IMG/VR virus record: IMGVR_UViG_3300021963_000021
Location: 299,944-363,943 of that record
Reading direction: 5' to 3' (one strand)
Source: a virus
DNA length: 64,000 nt
The position numbers and the translations under genes were made by a program. Under the pieces are notes generated by a model. The model did no database searches. It had not been told where the DNA came from and worked only from the letters and a program-made list of their open reading frames with translations. Positions 28,258 through 37,862 of this stretch are shown here, one piece after another. Every line of letters starts with the position of its first letter. The first letter of the stretch is position 1.

Positions 28258-29436
28258 ATGATTAACAAAGAACCATTTCAGAGACTGATTGATCGGCTAA
28301 AAGCTGAAGGAAAATATAGGGTTTTTAACGACATCCTGCGAGAAGCCGGAGACTATCCTTACGCTATTTGGTACGGTCCCTACAACATTAAAAAGATCGT
28401 AAATTGGTGTAGCAACGACTATCTAGGCATGGGACAGCACAAAGTTGTTCTAGATGCCATGCACACTGCGTTAGATCAAACAGGAGCAGGATCGGGCGGC
28501 ACACGCAATATCGCAGGCACTAGCCACTATCACGTTGCTCTAGAGCACGAGCTTGCTACTTTACATAAAAAGAGCGGAGCACTGTTGTTCAGTTCTGCCT
28601 ACGTTGCCAACGAGTGGACATTGATCGCCTTGGCTAAAATCATTCCCGACATAGAGTTTGTTTCAGATTCTAAGAATCATGCTAGCCTCATAGAGGGTAT
28701 GCGCCATAGCCGGGCGCCTAAACACATCTTCCGACACAATGATCTAGCAGATCTCAAAGAGAAACTAGAAACCGTCAAGGGCAAGGCCTGTGTCGTACTA
28801 GAATCTGTTTACTCTATGGACGGGGATATATCTAAACTACCAGAGATCATCAAGCTGTGTAGATTATATGCCGCTATTATCTACGTAGATGAAGTACACG
28901 CTGTAGGACTCTACGGAGAGCAAGGAGGCGGCATCATAGAAAAGCTAGAACTTGAGAACGATGTCGACATCATCAACGGCACATTGGGCAAGGCCTACGG
29001 AGTACAGGGTGGCTACATCGCTGCTGACAAATTGATCATCGATGCTGTGCGCAGTATCGCCAGCGGATTTATCTTTACAACTTCTATGAGCCCGGTGACC
29101 TGTGCGGGTGCGCTGGCTGCTGTGAAATATCTAAAACAACACGAAGAACTGCGTGTCAAGCATCAAGAGCGAGCAGCTAAATTAAAGCAGTTATTCAAAG
29201 ACAATGGCATTCCTGTTATGGATTCTGAAACGCATATCGTGCCAGTTATGGTAGGCGATGCTTTCAAATGTAAGAAGATATCAGACGAGCTGTTGAACGA
29301 GCATAACATTTATGTACAGCCTATCAACTATCCCACAGTACCAGTGGGCACTGAACGATTAAGGTTCGCTCCTACACCTTATCACACAGATGCTATGATG
29401 GAAGATCTTGTAGCTAAACTAAAGACTCTGTTATAA
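28258..29436 (+). CDS. hemA: 5-aminolevulinate synthase (ALAS, alpha-oxoamine synthase family)
   Basis: 392 aa. YRVFNDILREAGDYP...VNWCSNDYLGMGQH are hallmark ALAS N-terminal motifs. GAGSGGTRNIAGT is present. The PLP-lysine motif is GTLGKAYGVQGGYIA. Confidence 0.8.
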   Translation: MINKEPFQRLIDRLKAEGKYRVFNDILREAGDYPYAIWYGPYNIKKIVNWCSNDYLGMGQHKVVLDAMHTALDQTGAGSGGTRNIAGTSHYHVALEHELATLHKKSGALLFSSAYVANEWTLIALAKIIPDIEFVSDSKNHASLIEGMRHSRAPKHIFRHNDLADLKEKLETVKGKACVVLESVYSMDGDISKLPEIIKLCRLYAAIIYVDEVHAVGLYGEQGGGIIEKLELENDVDIINGTLGKAYGVQGGYIAADKLIIDAVRSIASGFIFTTSMSPVTCAGALAAVKYLKQHEELRVKHQERAAKLKQLFKDNGIPVMDSETHIVPVMVGDAFKCKKISDELLNEHNIYVQPINYPTVPVGTERLRFAPTPYHTDAMMEDLVAKLKTLL

Positions 29437-30234
29437 TCCTGGAGCTCTGCTGTAGCAGATAGGATACCAAGACATGCGTTCTTGGAATATTTCTGCCGAG
29501 TCTATCAGTTCAAGGTCTTTAAAAACTTCTATAGATTTCTCGCAGAATTCTTCATCTAGGCTCACAGAAAGATTAGGTAACAGATGTGTCTTTAACCAAA
29601 GGTAGTGCTGCTCAGGACCTGGATGGTGATCCCAGATAGTCTTGCTTTGATCTCTGAGAATGCCTATCATTCCTAGCATAGGATTCAGTTGATATATCTT
29701 TAACTGTTTGCCTTTGTATCCTAGATCATCTGTAAACTTCTGTATAGGATACAGCCAGTCTTGAGTTATGCTGTCGTAGAATCGTAGGTCATCGAAGTGT
29801 TTGTATTCGTCTTTGATATCATAGTGACTGGTAACTATGAGCTTACAGCCTGTGTTCTTTAGCAGAGCCATAGCCATATTGATAAAGTTTAGGCTGTGTA
29901 AGCAATAGCTCTTTTCACGCCAACTTTCTGTTACAAACTTACTTTCCCAAGGATTGGTATGTATGTTGCCTGAACAACGCCAGCGTGTGTTAGGCATGAT
30001 ATCTTCTGCGTGTTGATCGTATCTGTGAAAGTTAGTCCACTGGACAATAACTGTGTCTGTTGAACTAATTTGCTTTGACAGCACACATTCTGAAATACGT
30101 TCAGCTATGGCTCGATTACCTGTGCCTCGTATAGCCCAATTTTCAAATTCGTTGTAGCTACGACCTATCATGTCAGCCCAAGTGGGCCAATTCCAATCAG
30201 TGTAGCTACAACCAAATGTAAAAAGTCTACTCAT
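29431..30234 (-). CDS. hypothetical protein, possible SGNH/GDSL-like hydrolase
   Basis: 267 aa. N-terminal [10 protein letters not shown] resembles GDS(L) block I with Cys in place of Asp. Weak assignment. Confidence 0.3.
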   Translation of the reverse strand: MSRLFTFGCSYTDWNWPTWADMIGRSYNEFENWAIRGTGNRAIAERISECVLSKQISSTDTVIVQWTNFHRYDQHAEDIMPNTRWRCSGNIHTNPWESKFVTESWREKSYCLHSLNFINMAMALLKNTGCKLIVTSHYDIKDEYKHFDDLRFYDSITQDWLYPIQKFTDDLGYKGKQLKIYQLNPMLGMIGILRDQSKTIWDHHPGPEQHYLWLKTHLLPNLSVSLDEEFCEKSIEVFKDLELIDSAEIFQERMSWYPICYSRAPGL

Positions 30235-30878
30235 GGACGTTTGTCAATGACTTGATCTACTAGACCGTAATCTAATGCTTCCTGAGCACTCATGAAATAG
30301 TCACGTTCCATGTCTGCGGCAAACTGATCATAGGTCTTGCCCTTGCTGTTATGTTTGACATAGATGTTGGTAAGGTTCTCTTTCATCTTCTGAATCTCAC
30401 GAGCTTGAATCTGGATGTCAGTGGCCTGTCCACGAGCGCCGCCACTGGGCTGATGAATCATATGTCGAGCATTGGGCAGCATAAAACGTTTGCCTGCTGC
30501 CCCTGCCTGTGCTAGCAGACTGCCCATACTACAGGCCTGGCCCATTACAAACGTAGCCACGTCACATTTGATAAACTGCATTGTATCATAGATGCTCATG
30601 CCTGCGGTAACTACACCGCCCGGACTGTTGATAAACAGTGAAATATCTTTGTCTGGGTTTTCACTTTCAAGGAACAGTAGTTGTGCCACAACCAAATTGG
30701 CCATGTGGTCTTCAACTTCTCCGTTGAGCATAACGATTCTCTCTTTGAGCAAACGGCTATAGATATCATAAGCACGTTCGCCACGTGAGCTGGACTCAAC
30801 TACCATTGGTACTAACATTGTTTTATTCTCCTTGGATGATTTAACATTTATAATAGCAGACTTGTCTTTGTAGGTCAA
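30231..30878 (-). CDS. clpP: ATP-dependent Clp protease proteolytic subunit
   Basis: 215 aa. [10 protein letters not shown] (catalytic Ser), MIHQPSGG (His) and the typical ClpP core. TTG start per ORF track. TATAAAT-like box in the upstream divergent region. Confidence 0.85.
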   Translation of the reverse strand: MTYKDKSAIINVKSSKENKTMLVPMVVESSSRGERAYDIYSRLLKERIVMLNGEVEDHMANLVVAQLLFLESENPDKDISLFINSPGGVVTAGMSIYDTMQFIKCDVATFVMGQACSMGSLLAQAGAAGKRFMLPNARHMIHQPSGGARGQATDIQIQAREIQKMKENLTNIYVKHNSKGKTYDQFAADMERDYFMSAQEALDYGLVDQVIDKRP

Positions 30879-30969
30879 GTGTTATTATCTATGTCAAAAA
30901 CACTTGCTCGAAGGTTAAAATGACTGTACACTTGTTTAGTTAAATACTCGTATTAAGAACGGTAAAATC

Positions 30970-31485
30970 ATGTCAGATACACTATTACTAAACGCAGACG
31001 CTCAACCAGTGAGCCTATTGCCATTGAGCACAATCAATTGGCAGGATGCCATACGTTATCTCGTTCTAGACAAGGCACGAGTATTAGAGTGGCACGAAGA
31101 TTGGGTCGTTAGATCTGCTCGCTGGGAAACTCGTGTGCCTGCTGTTCTGATGTTAAAAGAATACTACAAAAAGAAAGGCGTTAGCCGTTTGAGCAAACGC
31201 AATGTATTCTTGCGAGACAACTACAAATGCCAGTACTGCGGCACAGATGTCAACGAGGATTCAGCTACACTAGATCATGTGCTGCCAATTTCTCTTGGCG
31301 GTAAAAGCACATGGCTGAACTTGTCTACAGCCTGTAAACCCTGTAACTATCGCAAGGCCAATCATACCAAAATGAAACCTGTGCGTTTGCCTTACAAGCC
31401 AGATTATTTTGAATTGGCTGAAAAACGCAGATCTCGCGGGTTCCATATCGGGCATCCAAGCTGGAAAGATTATCTAGGTAGTTAA
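30970..31485 (+). CDS. HNH endonuclease
   Basis: 171 aa. CQYCG...DHVLPISLGGKSTWLNLSTACKPCNYRK is the HNH zinc-finger nuclease motif. Confidence 0.8.
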   Translation: MSDTLLLNADAQPVSLLPLSTINWQDAIRYLVLDKARVLEWHEDWVVRSARWETRVPAVLMLKEYYKKKGVSRLSKRNVFLRDNYKCQYCGTDVNEDSATLDHVLPISLGGKSTWLNLSTACKPCNYRKANHTKMKPVRLPYKPDYFELAEKRRSRGFHIGHPSWKDYLGS

Positions 31486-31494
31486 TCAAATCTC

Positions 31495-31523
31495 TTGACA
31501 TTAAATCTACTCATGCGTATAAT
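31495..31523 (+). promoter_or_regulatory. sigma70-consensus promoter (TTGACA-17-TATAAT)
   Basis: TTGACAttaaatctactcatgcgTATAAT. The ORF-track start at 31495 includes this promoter. The true ATG is at ~31531. Confidence 0.7.
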
Positions 31524-31530
31524 TAAACGC

Positions 31531-32214
31531 ATGAGTACACAATTCCATTCTGCTTTACAGAGCATACTTGCGATGCCCTATTTTAAAAATGAACACGCCC
31601 GTTCTGGCGGAGCGGTGTTTGGTCACGAAGAAGCTGTGGCTGAAAAGATCAAGGCCGCAGGCTTTACAGAAGTAGATAAGAAACAATATCCTAAACTCAC
31701 AAAAGGTCTTCTTAAAAAATGGGCCAACAGCGGAAATGATGTTGATCTTAGGAAAGCCACAGAGGGATTGCCCGAAGGAACTTATATCTTACAGCCAGCT
31801 GGCACACAGGGATTTCCAGATGTGCTGGTCAAAGATTGGGGAGATCGTTTTGTCTCAGTAGAATGTAAGAGCGGCATGAATGGGTTATGCCCTATGTGGA
31901 ACGATAATATTCCTAAACCTAATTCCGTATATGTATTGAGTTCTGGCATACGTAATGAAACAACAGTGTTTATGGGCAAGGATGTTATTAGTCCAGAAGA
32001 ACAACAGCTAATGGACGAACAAGAAGCCGCTATCGCTAAATTGGTAAAAGAATACAACGATAAATTAAAGGCCATAGACAAGTTTAATCGTGGATGGATA
32101 CAGAAGAGTCGTAAGCAACATTTTCAAGGTGGCGGCAATCTAAAGACTAATTACTTTACTCACAGTTCTAGAACAGAATGTGAAAAGAATGCGTTAGAAT
32201 TTGCCCAGCAATGA
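31531..32214 (+). CDS. PD-(D/E)xK nuclease, candidate restriction endonuclease
   Basis: ~228 aa. GFPDVLVKDWGDRFVSVECKSG gives the PD...(E)xK catalytic core. Stop overlaps the MTase ATG (ATGA), the classic R-M gene pairing. Confidence 0.4.
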   Translation: MSTQFHSALQSILAMPYFKNEHARSGGAVFGHEEAVAEKIKAAGFTEVDKKQYPKLTKGLLKKWANSGNDVDLRKATEGLPEGTYILQPAGTQGFPDVLVKDWGDRFVSVECKSGMNGLCPMWNDNIPKPNSVYVLSSGIRNETTVFMGKDVISPEEQQLMDEQEAAIAKLVKEYNDKLKAIDKFNRGWIQKSRKQHFQGGGNLKTNYFTHSSRTECEKNALEFAQQ

Positions 32215-33170
32215 CCAAACCCTTAAAGCCAGTTAACCTACATCTCAGCTCTGTGACTATCACAGATGTAGAGAATCACAAGAACGTCACAACCAAAGAG
32301 CTACAGCGAGACCTCAAGAACCTAAACAAGTTTGATGCTCTCAGCAATGCCAACAACTTTGCTGGCAATCCATTCTTGTATCATTTCCAATTTAAAAATC
32401 TGTTGAAGTGTCGCAGGCAAGATGGCAAAACTATCTACGACATCTATAATGATTCCGCAGAGTGGGACAAGCTGATAGAGCAGACAAAGCTGCGTAATAG
32501 AGGCGGACGAACTGCTGCTGGCAATGTCTTTGAGTGCTTTCGTATCAACCTAGGCTCTGTTGTGATGTTCAAAGCAACCACAGCCAAATACCTATACAAA
32601 AAGTATAAGGCCAAAGCTGTGTTAGATCCCACAGCAGGGTGGGGTGGTCGTATGCTAGGTGCTTGGTCGTTGGGCATAGATTACACAGGCATTGATACTA
32701 ACGTTGAAATGATTCCTGCCTATGATGCTATGATGGCATTCTTAGATGCTGAACTAGAATCAGTCAATGGCATAGACAGCAATCTGTTTAGAATGGACAG
32801 AGACTTTGATCTAAAGATGATTTGGCAAAGTTGCTTAGATGTAGACTTTAGCCAAATCAACTATGACTTTGTATTAACTAGCCCTCCTTACATCAACTTA
32901 GAACTCTACGAACACATGGAGCCTTGGGAAACGGACAAGGCATTCTACGAACTGTTCTTCATTCCGCTTTGGCAAAAGTGCGTAGACAACATCCAAAAAG
33001 GTGGGCATGTAGCATTTAACATCTCGCCCAAAATGTATGCGGACGCACTCAAATACGGACTCACACCCTGCGACGAAGAAGAAGACCTATTACAACAAAT
33101 GGGTCAAAAAGTAGATGCTCTTAAAAAGGGCAAAAAGAAACAGGATAAGATCTACGTTTGGCATTGTTGA
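32211..33170 (+). CDS. DNA methyltransferase (N6-adenine/N4-cytosine, gamma-class order)
   Basis: 319 aa. Motif I-like DPTAGWGGRMLGA precedes motif IV TSPPY (DPPY-type). Confidence 0.75.
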   Translation: MTKPLKPVNLHLSSVTITDVENHKNVTTKELQRDLKNLNKFDALSNANNFAGNPFLYHFQFKNLLKCRRQDGKTIYDIYNDSAEWDKLIEQTKLRNRGGRTAAGNVFECFRINLGSVVMFKATTAKYLYKKYKAKAVLDPTAGWGGRMLGAWSLGIDYTGIDTNVEMIPAYDAMMAFLDAELESVNGIDSNLFRMDRDFDLKMIWQSCLDVDFSQINYDFVLTSPPYINLELYEHMEPWETDKAFYELFFIPLWQKCVDNIQKGGHVAFNISPKMYADALKYGLTPCDEEEDLLQQMGQKVDALKKGKKKQDKIYVWHC

Positions 33171-33172
33171 TC

Positions 33173-33201
33173 TTGACTTATAACTAAACCTTTAGTAAAC
33201 T
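33173..33201 (+). promoter_or_regulatory. weak sigma70-like promoter (TTGACT-17-TAAACT)
   Basis: Same variant pair as the promoter at 53559. Confidence 0.3.
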
Positions 33202-33269
33202 GTAGTTACTTGTTAATCAAGTAATCACAGTCGTTTGTTAATCAAACGCATTAACTATAGGAAATTGTT

Positions 33270-34469
33270 ATGTATCATAAAAAGATAACCGATAAGTTCA
33301 GTACGGACTTGTTTGATGTTTTGGGTCCAAAAGAAAATCGTGTTCCTTGGAACTCACTTAGTCTCACAGAGCAAACAGCTCGAATCAATAGAATCCCCGA
33401 ATATGTTAATACTCGTTCGTTAGGTTCGCATCCAACGTTTGTAGACATGCTGATTTTCTGTTTTCAGAAATTAGTTAACATGGGAGATGAAAACCCGTTA
33501 AGGGGTATTGACCTACCTGAGTTTAGTTCACTCGGTGAAGCGGCAGAACAAATGAAAATGCCCGCTATGAACTACGATCCTACAAACTTACACGACATTG
33601 TAATTTTAGTTAAGAACGCTGCCAAGCAACGAGATATTTTCCTGCGTCACATCTTTGCTGATATTGTTTTCCGTTTCAATCCAGGACTTGTATTTCCAGG
33701 TATTGGCCGTATGAATTCAAAAGGTCAGTTATTTGTAAACGATGCTCAACATCGAACACTGGCATGTATGATTCTTGGCATTGAACAAGTGCCATTGAGC
33801 TTTATTCGTTCCGACGACGAGTATTGGGATGTTGCTCAATACGCTGCTATTAATATTCACAGTCTAAGTGCTAGCCCATTTGATCATTATCGTATTCGTG
33901 TACAACGAGCAAATGCCAGCGAAGAAGCAAATATGCCTGTAGAGAAAGAAGATATTATCTGTAGAGAAATGGATACACTGTTCAACGAACTTGAAGTTGT
34001 TGTAGTTGAAAAGAAAGACACAGTGGGCTCTAATTCTAAAGTGCTTACAGGCATTGGTAACATGGTCAAGTATCGTAAAGACTATTCTAAAGATGCCTTT
34101 GAGCGAGCAGTTACAATCAATGCTATTCTGTTTCCAACTTGTGTGTTTCAAACTGCTAATAGTTGGGGACTCATGGAGTTCTTAGAACATCAAGATAAGA
34201 AAGTAGACAAGAAAGAGTTTGATTACAAACTTCGTAATGCTTTACGCAAGGCTTGGCAAAAACCAAACCAAGGCAATCGTTTACACAAAGATATCAAAGA
34301 CTGTTACAAAGATCAAACAGACTCCGAAGCAAACAATAGTCGTGTCCCAGAGCCTGTGATCATCGCACACGGTATTTGGCAAGTGTGTAAAAAGTACGAG
34401 CCAGAAGGCAATTGGATTGAACCCCCGTGGCCTGCTAAAATGCAAAAGTTTACTATGGACTTGGTATGA
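33270..34469 (+). CDS. DGQHR/ParB-Srx-fold domain protein (DndB-like)
   Basis: 399 aa. LFVNDAQHRTLA resembles the DGQHR motif of DndB/DpdB-like ParB-fold proteins. Adjacent to the MTase. Confidence 0.4.
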   Translation: MYHKKITDKFSTDLFDVLGPKENRVPWNSLSLTEQTARINRIPEYVNTRSLGSHPTFVDMLIFCFQKLVNMGDENPLRGIDLPEFSSLGEAAEQMKMPAMNYDPTNLHDIVILVKNAAKQRDIFLRHIFADIVFRFNPGLVFPGIGRMNSKGQLFVNDAQHRTLACMILGIEQVPLSFIRSDDEYWDVAQYAAINIHSLSASPFDHYRIRVQRANASEEANMPVEKEDIICREMDTLFNELEVVVVEKKDTVGSNSKVLTGIGNMVKYRKDYSKDAFERAVTINAILFPTCVFQTANSWGLMEFLEHQDKKVDKKEFDYKLRNALRKAWQKPNQGNRLHKDIKDCYKDQTDSEANNSRVPEPVIIAHGIWQVCKKYEPEGNWIEPPWPAKMQKFTMDLV

Positions 34470-34942
34470 AGAACTGGACTATTGTAAACGAGTCTATCAA
34501 CGCTCGTGAACCATACACTAGTCCAGACGAGGGCACATACTATAATAGAGAACTGTTTAAACATTTTTGTAGGAACAGAGACTATAAGTATGTGGCTATA
34601 TTTGGTTACTATAAAATCAAATACAATTGGTCTGAAGAACAAGCTCAAAGCATGTATGACAAAAGTCCGGACGGATGGACGGATGGACTAGGTGTATATC
34701 GATTGTTTGACTGGGGCAAAGGCGAAAACAAACTTAAAATTGGTGATGATTGGGAATGGCACGAACCTCAGTTGGATCATATTATTCCTAGATCAAAAGG
34801 CGGGCAAGACACTCCTGAAAACTTTCAAGTGTTGCCTGCGATCATCAATAGGATTTTGAGTAACCTTACAGACGAGTCAGCACCCGCAGTGTTGCCTATT
34901 GTTTTAGCACAATTTTCAGCGGTTGACAATCTAGTAAAGTGA
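34466..34942 (+). CDS. HNH endonuclease
   Basis: 158 aa. EWHEPQLDHIIPRSKGGQDTPENFQVL is the HNH core. Confidence 0.7.
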   Translation: MKNWTIVNESINAREPYTSPDEGTYYNRELFKHFCRNRDYKYVAIFGYYKIKYNWSEEQAQSMYDKSPDGWTDGLGVYRLFDWGKGENKLKIGDDWEWHEPQLDHIIPRSKGGQDTPENFQVLPAIINRILSNLTDESAPAVLPIVLAQFSAVDNLVK

Positions 34943-34951
34943 GCATATAAT
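34923..34951 (+). promoter_or_regulatory. sigma70-consensus promoter inside the 3' end of the HNH gene
   Basis: TTGACAatctagtaaagtgagcaTATAAT. Shares the GAGCATATAAT extended -10 with other promoters in the window. Confidence 0.6.
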
Positions 34952-34982
34952 ATACAAATAATAATAACAACAGGAGAAGTAA

Positions 34983-35156
34983 ATGGATACTATTTTGGTG
35001 CTATGGGCGTTAGCTTGGGGCAACAATGCCTACAACGAACTAACACAACCTCCTCCTGTTGTTAAAGTTGAAAAGCTAGAAGTGGATCCAAAATTGTATT
35101 ATCCAGATCTAGCAGAAGACATGTGGGACCCAAATTGGATTAATAAGAAAGGTTAA
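34983..35156 (+). CDS. hypothetical small protein (57 aa)
   Basis: RBS AGGAGAAGTAAATG. MDTILVLWALAWGNNAYNELTQPPP... Confidence 0.35.
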   Translation: MDTILVLWALAWGNNAYNELTQPPPVVKVEKLEVDPKLYYPDLAEDMWDPNWINKKG

Positions 35157-35157
35157 G

Positions 35158-36474
35158 ATGCGTACACAGCCCGAAAAGATCATACAGCAACTAGAAGCAG
35201 ACAACAGCCGTTTGGCCAAGGAAGCTATTTTAGAACAGGCAATGACCGAAGGGTTAGACGAGTTCTTTGAAGGGCTTCGAATGTGCTACGACACACTCTA
35301 TACCTTTGGAGTCAAGCAGGTTCCTATCAGCAAAGCCGACGGCCAAGGTCTGCCTTGGGATGCTTTCAAACAACTAGCAGAAGCATTGTATAAAAGAGAC
35401 CTCACAGGTCACGATGCTCGTGATGCTATTCAGTTAGCTATGGATGTTGCTACCAAAGAGCAATGGAACGATTTCTATCGACGCATCCTTATCAAAGACA
35501 TGCGAGCAGGCTTTAGCGAAAAAACAATTAACACCGTAGTTAAGAAAACAGGCAAAACTCAATACAAGGTTCCAGTGTTTGAGTGTATGCTCGCACACGA
35601 CGGAGCCAATCATGAAAAGAAAATTACGGGTGTTAAACTGCTCGAACCAAAGTTGGACGGAGTACGTTGTATCACAGTCGTCGATTACGAAAATAGAACA
35701 GTCGTTCAATACACACGCAATGGCAAAGTATTGGAGAACTTCGGTCACATTACTAGTGGCCTTCTTGAGCATATTGATGCTCTTGGTAGATCTTATGTAT
35801 TGGATGGTGAAGTAGTTTCTAACAGCTTCCAAGATCTAATGAAGCAGGTACATCGTAAGAGTGATGTACAGGCACAAGACGCACGACTGATGCTGTTTGA
35901 TATCATTCCATTAGTAGAGTTCAAACAGGGTGTCAGTGTCATGGGCCAACGTCGTCGTAGCAACTTCCTTAGGACATTTAAGGCTGTGTTTGACGAGATT
36001 GGTTCTATCGATATCATTCCGCAGAAAGAAGTCAATCTAGACGAATTTGTGGGAGATCTCGAATACAAAGAATACAACAAAGAAATGGTTAACGCAGGCT
36101 TCGAAGGGATCATGATCAAAGATCCTGAAGCCAAGTACGTGGCCAAAAGAGATACTGCTTGGCTGAAGCAGAAACCATTTATTGAAGTCAGCCTTACTGT
36201 TAAAGACATCGAAGAAGGCACAGGTCGTAACGAAGGACGCCTTGGTGCTTTAATATGCGAAGGAGAAGACGATGGAAAGTTTATTATGGTTAATGTTGGT
36301 AGTGGCTTCAGTGATGCCGATCGTGATTCTTTATATTCTAGCAAGGATCTCGTACTAGGACAGGTAGTAGAAGTACGTGCTGATGCTATCACACAGAATC
36401 AAGACGGTACCTACAGCCTGCGTTTTCCGAGATTCTTGAAGTTCCGTGGATTTACCAAAGGAGAAAAGATTTGA
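35158..36474 (+). CDS. ATP-dependent DNA ligase
   Basis: 438 aa. Motif I KLDGVRCI, motif III/IV and OB-fold region (EGIMIKDP motif IV, motif V WLKQK). Confidence 0.85.
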   Translation: MRTQPEKIIQQLEADNSRLAKEAILEQAMTEGLDEFFEGLRMCYDTLYTFGVKQVPISKADGQGLPWDAFKQLAEALYKRDLTGHDARDAIQLAMDVATKEQWNDFYRRILIKDMRAGFSEKTINTVVKKTGKTQYKVPVFECMLAHDGANHEKKITGVKLLEPKLDGVRCITVVDYENRTVVQYTRNGKVLENFGHITSGLLEHIDALGRSYVLDGEVVSNSFQDLMKQVHRKSDVQAQDARLMLFDIIPLVEFKQGVSVMGQRRRSNFLRTFKAVFDEIGSIDIIPQKEVNLDEFVGDLEYKEYNKEMVNAGFEGIMIKDPEAKYVAKRDTAWLKQKPFIEVSLTVKDIEEGTGRNEGRLGALICEGEDDGKFIMVNVGSGFSDADRDSLYSSKDLVLGQVVEVRADAITQNQDGTYSLRFPRFLKFRGFTKGEKI

Positions 36475-36938
36475 AAGCACAGACACCTGCTGAAGGCATC
36501 CTAATACATAAAGATTATGGAGATGCCAAACAATACATTATCACGTGTGAATGTTGTGACGAAGGTCACAGCCATCATATTTGGGTAGAAGCCGAAGACG
36601 TTGGAGTTACTGTAACTACCTATGTAGATGTAAAGACCGACTATTGGTCAGAAAAAGTAGAACAGAGATATGATATCGACAATGAAATCTATCAGAACAT
36701 CCACTGGTATTTTGTTGGACTGTTTAATGATTGGCATCGTCGTTTTAAATTGATATGGCAGATACTGACTAAAGGTTATATCCAATATCAAGCTTCACTG
36801 ATCATGAGCCAACAGCAGGCTCTTAACTACGCCGAAACTCTTAAGAAAGCTGTAACTGATGTAGAAAAGTTTCGTGCCAGCAAAGATCCTAAAAACAAAG
36901 AAGCAGTCAAGGCCGCTCAGGAAGGAGATTGCGTATGA
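36471..36938 (+). CDS. hypothetical protein
   Basis: 155-aa ORF. CECCDEGHSHH near the N-terminus. Confidence 0.3.
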   Translation: MKAQTPAEGILIHKDYGDAKQYIITCECCDEGHSHHIWVEAEDVGVTVTTYVDVKTDYWSEKVEQRYDIDNEIYQNIHWYFVGLFNDWHRRFKLIWQILTKGYIQYQASLIMSQQQALNYAETLKKAVTDVEKFRASKDPKNKEAVKAAQEGDCV

Positions 36939-37153
36939 ATTCTGTAGAGATGGCAAACGATTTAATCAATCGTGCTAAAAATCTTAAATTGTTTGAAGTG
37001 GAACGAGACATCAGCGATAGTAGTATTTTGTTTGATGGCCCGGTTCCGTTTGATCTACGTGCTAATCAAACAACTGCTTGGTTCAAAGTCTATGCTGTTA
37101 CTTTGGAAGAAGCAGAAGCACAAGTCGATAACTGGTTAAGCTGGAGGATATGA
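36929..37153 (+). CDS. hypothetical protein
   Basis: 74-aa ORF. Confidence 0.3.
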   Translation: MRMNSVEMANDLINRAKNLKLFEVERDISDSSILFDGPVPFDLRANQTTAWFKVYAVTLEEAEAQVDNWLSWRI

Positions 37154-37674
37154 TGTCTAGAGTATATAGGATCAAACCTTTACACAAGAAGAGTATCTGT
37201 TGGCACATAGAACTGTTCCGCGAAAACTCAGATGGATCTATCAGTTGGGTCAATATTGATGACCACTATCGTTGGGGGCAGGGCTTTGTCGAAGAAGACA
37301 TGTCCTGTAATCTGCCCTACGAAGGAGACACACAGGCAACTGCTCGTACAGATGTAGGTTGGGGAGCAGAACTAGATGACCAACACGCCTGCTGGTTTGA
37401 ATACAGCGAAGACTTTACTGACGAACAAAAAGAAGAGTTTGAATCATCCTATCACGATGGTAGTGCGGCATGGGTGTTCGACGGAGAACATGATTGGCAA
37501 ATTGAAGATGATTATCTAATCATTGATAGTCCTTTCCAGATAGATCTCTGCGATGAAGATGGCACAGTCATTGAAGAAAACGTAAAACTACGGACTCGTC
37601 CTGAACCTAGAACTAGCTGGCCGTTTAGCCCAGAAAATCCTGGTCCTGACAGCGAAGGTGGGGAGACAGACTAA
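37150..37674 (+). CDS. hypothetical acidic protein
   Basis: 174-aa ORF. Confidence 0.3.
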   Translation: MMSRVYRIKPLHKKSICWHIELFRENSDGSISWVNIDDHYRWGQGFVEEDMSCNLPYEGDTQATARTDVGWGAELDDQHACWFEYSEDFTDEQKEEFESSYHDGSAAWVFDGEHDWQIEDDYLIIDSPFQIDLCDEDGTVIEENVKLRTRPEPRTSWPFSPENPGPDSEGGETD

Positions 37675-37862
37675 TGAGTGGACGAGGAATCATCTCACAA
37701 GAAGCAGAACAAGTCTGCGAACTCTGTGGCAAGATCGATGAGTGTAGACCTTACGGTGCTAATGATGAACAAATCTGTTTTGACTGTGCTACATCTACAC
37801 CAGAAGCAACTGCTATATCAGAAAAGAAAATGGCTGCTTATATCTTTGGAGAAACAGAATGA
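37674..37862 (+). CDS. small Cys4 zinc-ribbon protein
   Basis: 62 aa. CELCGKIDEC...CFDCAT. Confidence 0.35.
   Translation: MSGRGIISQEAEQVCELCGKIDECRPYGANDEQICFDCATSTPEATAISEKKMAAYIFGETE

Noticed and set aside
30232-30234. Possible 1-nt coordinate inconsistency between my manual indexing and the ORF track around the clpP/SGNH junction
   Set aside because: The displayed sequence translates correctly for both proteins. The discrepancy is probably my counting error. ORF-track coordinates are used for track ORFs, and hand-derived coordinates elsewhere should be read as +/- 2 nt.
31495-31530. The ORF-track start of 31495..32214 (MTLNLLMRIIKRMSTQF...)
   Set aside because: The first 36 nt coincide with a TTGACA-17-TATAAT promoter. 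The real start is the ATG at ~31531, preceded by the -10 and the short leader.
33270-34469. Considered the 399-aa protein as a classical chromosome-partitioning ParB
   Set aside because: It has no HTH or CTP-binding GERRxRA motif. Only the DGQHR-like nuclease/sulfiredoxin-fold core is apparent, so it is called DndB-like/ParB-fold only.
35434-36392. Antisense ORFs of 132 and 199 aa within the DNA ligase gene
   Set aside because: They overlap the conserved ligase motifs on the opposite strand. Their compositions (Ser/Leu/Pro-rich) are typical of antisense frames. They are spurious.
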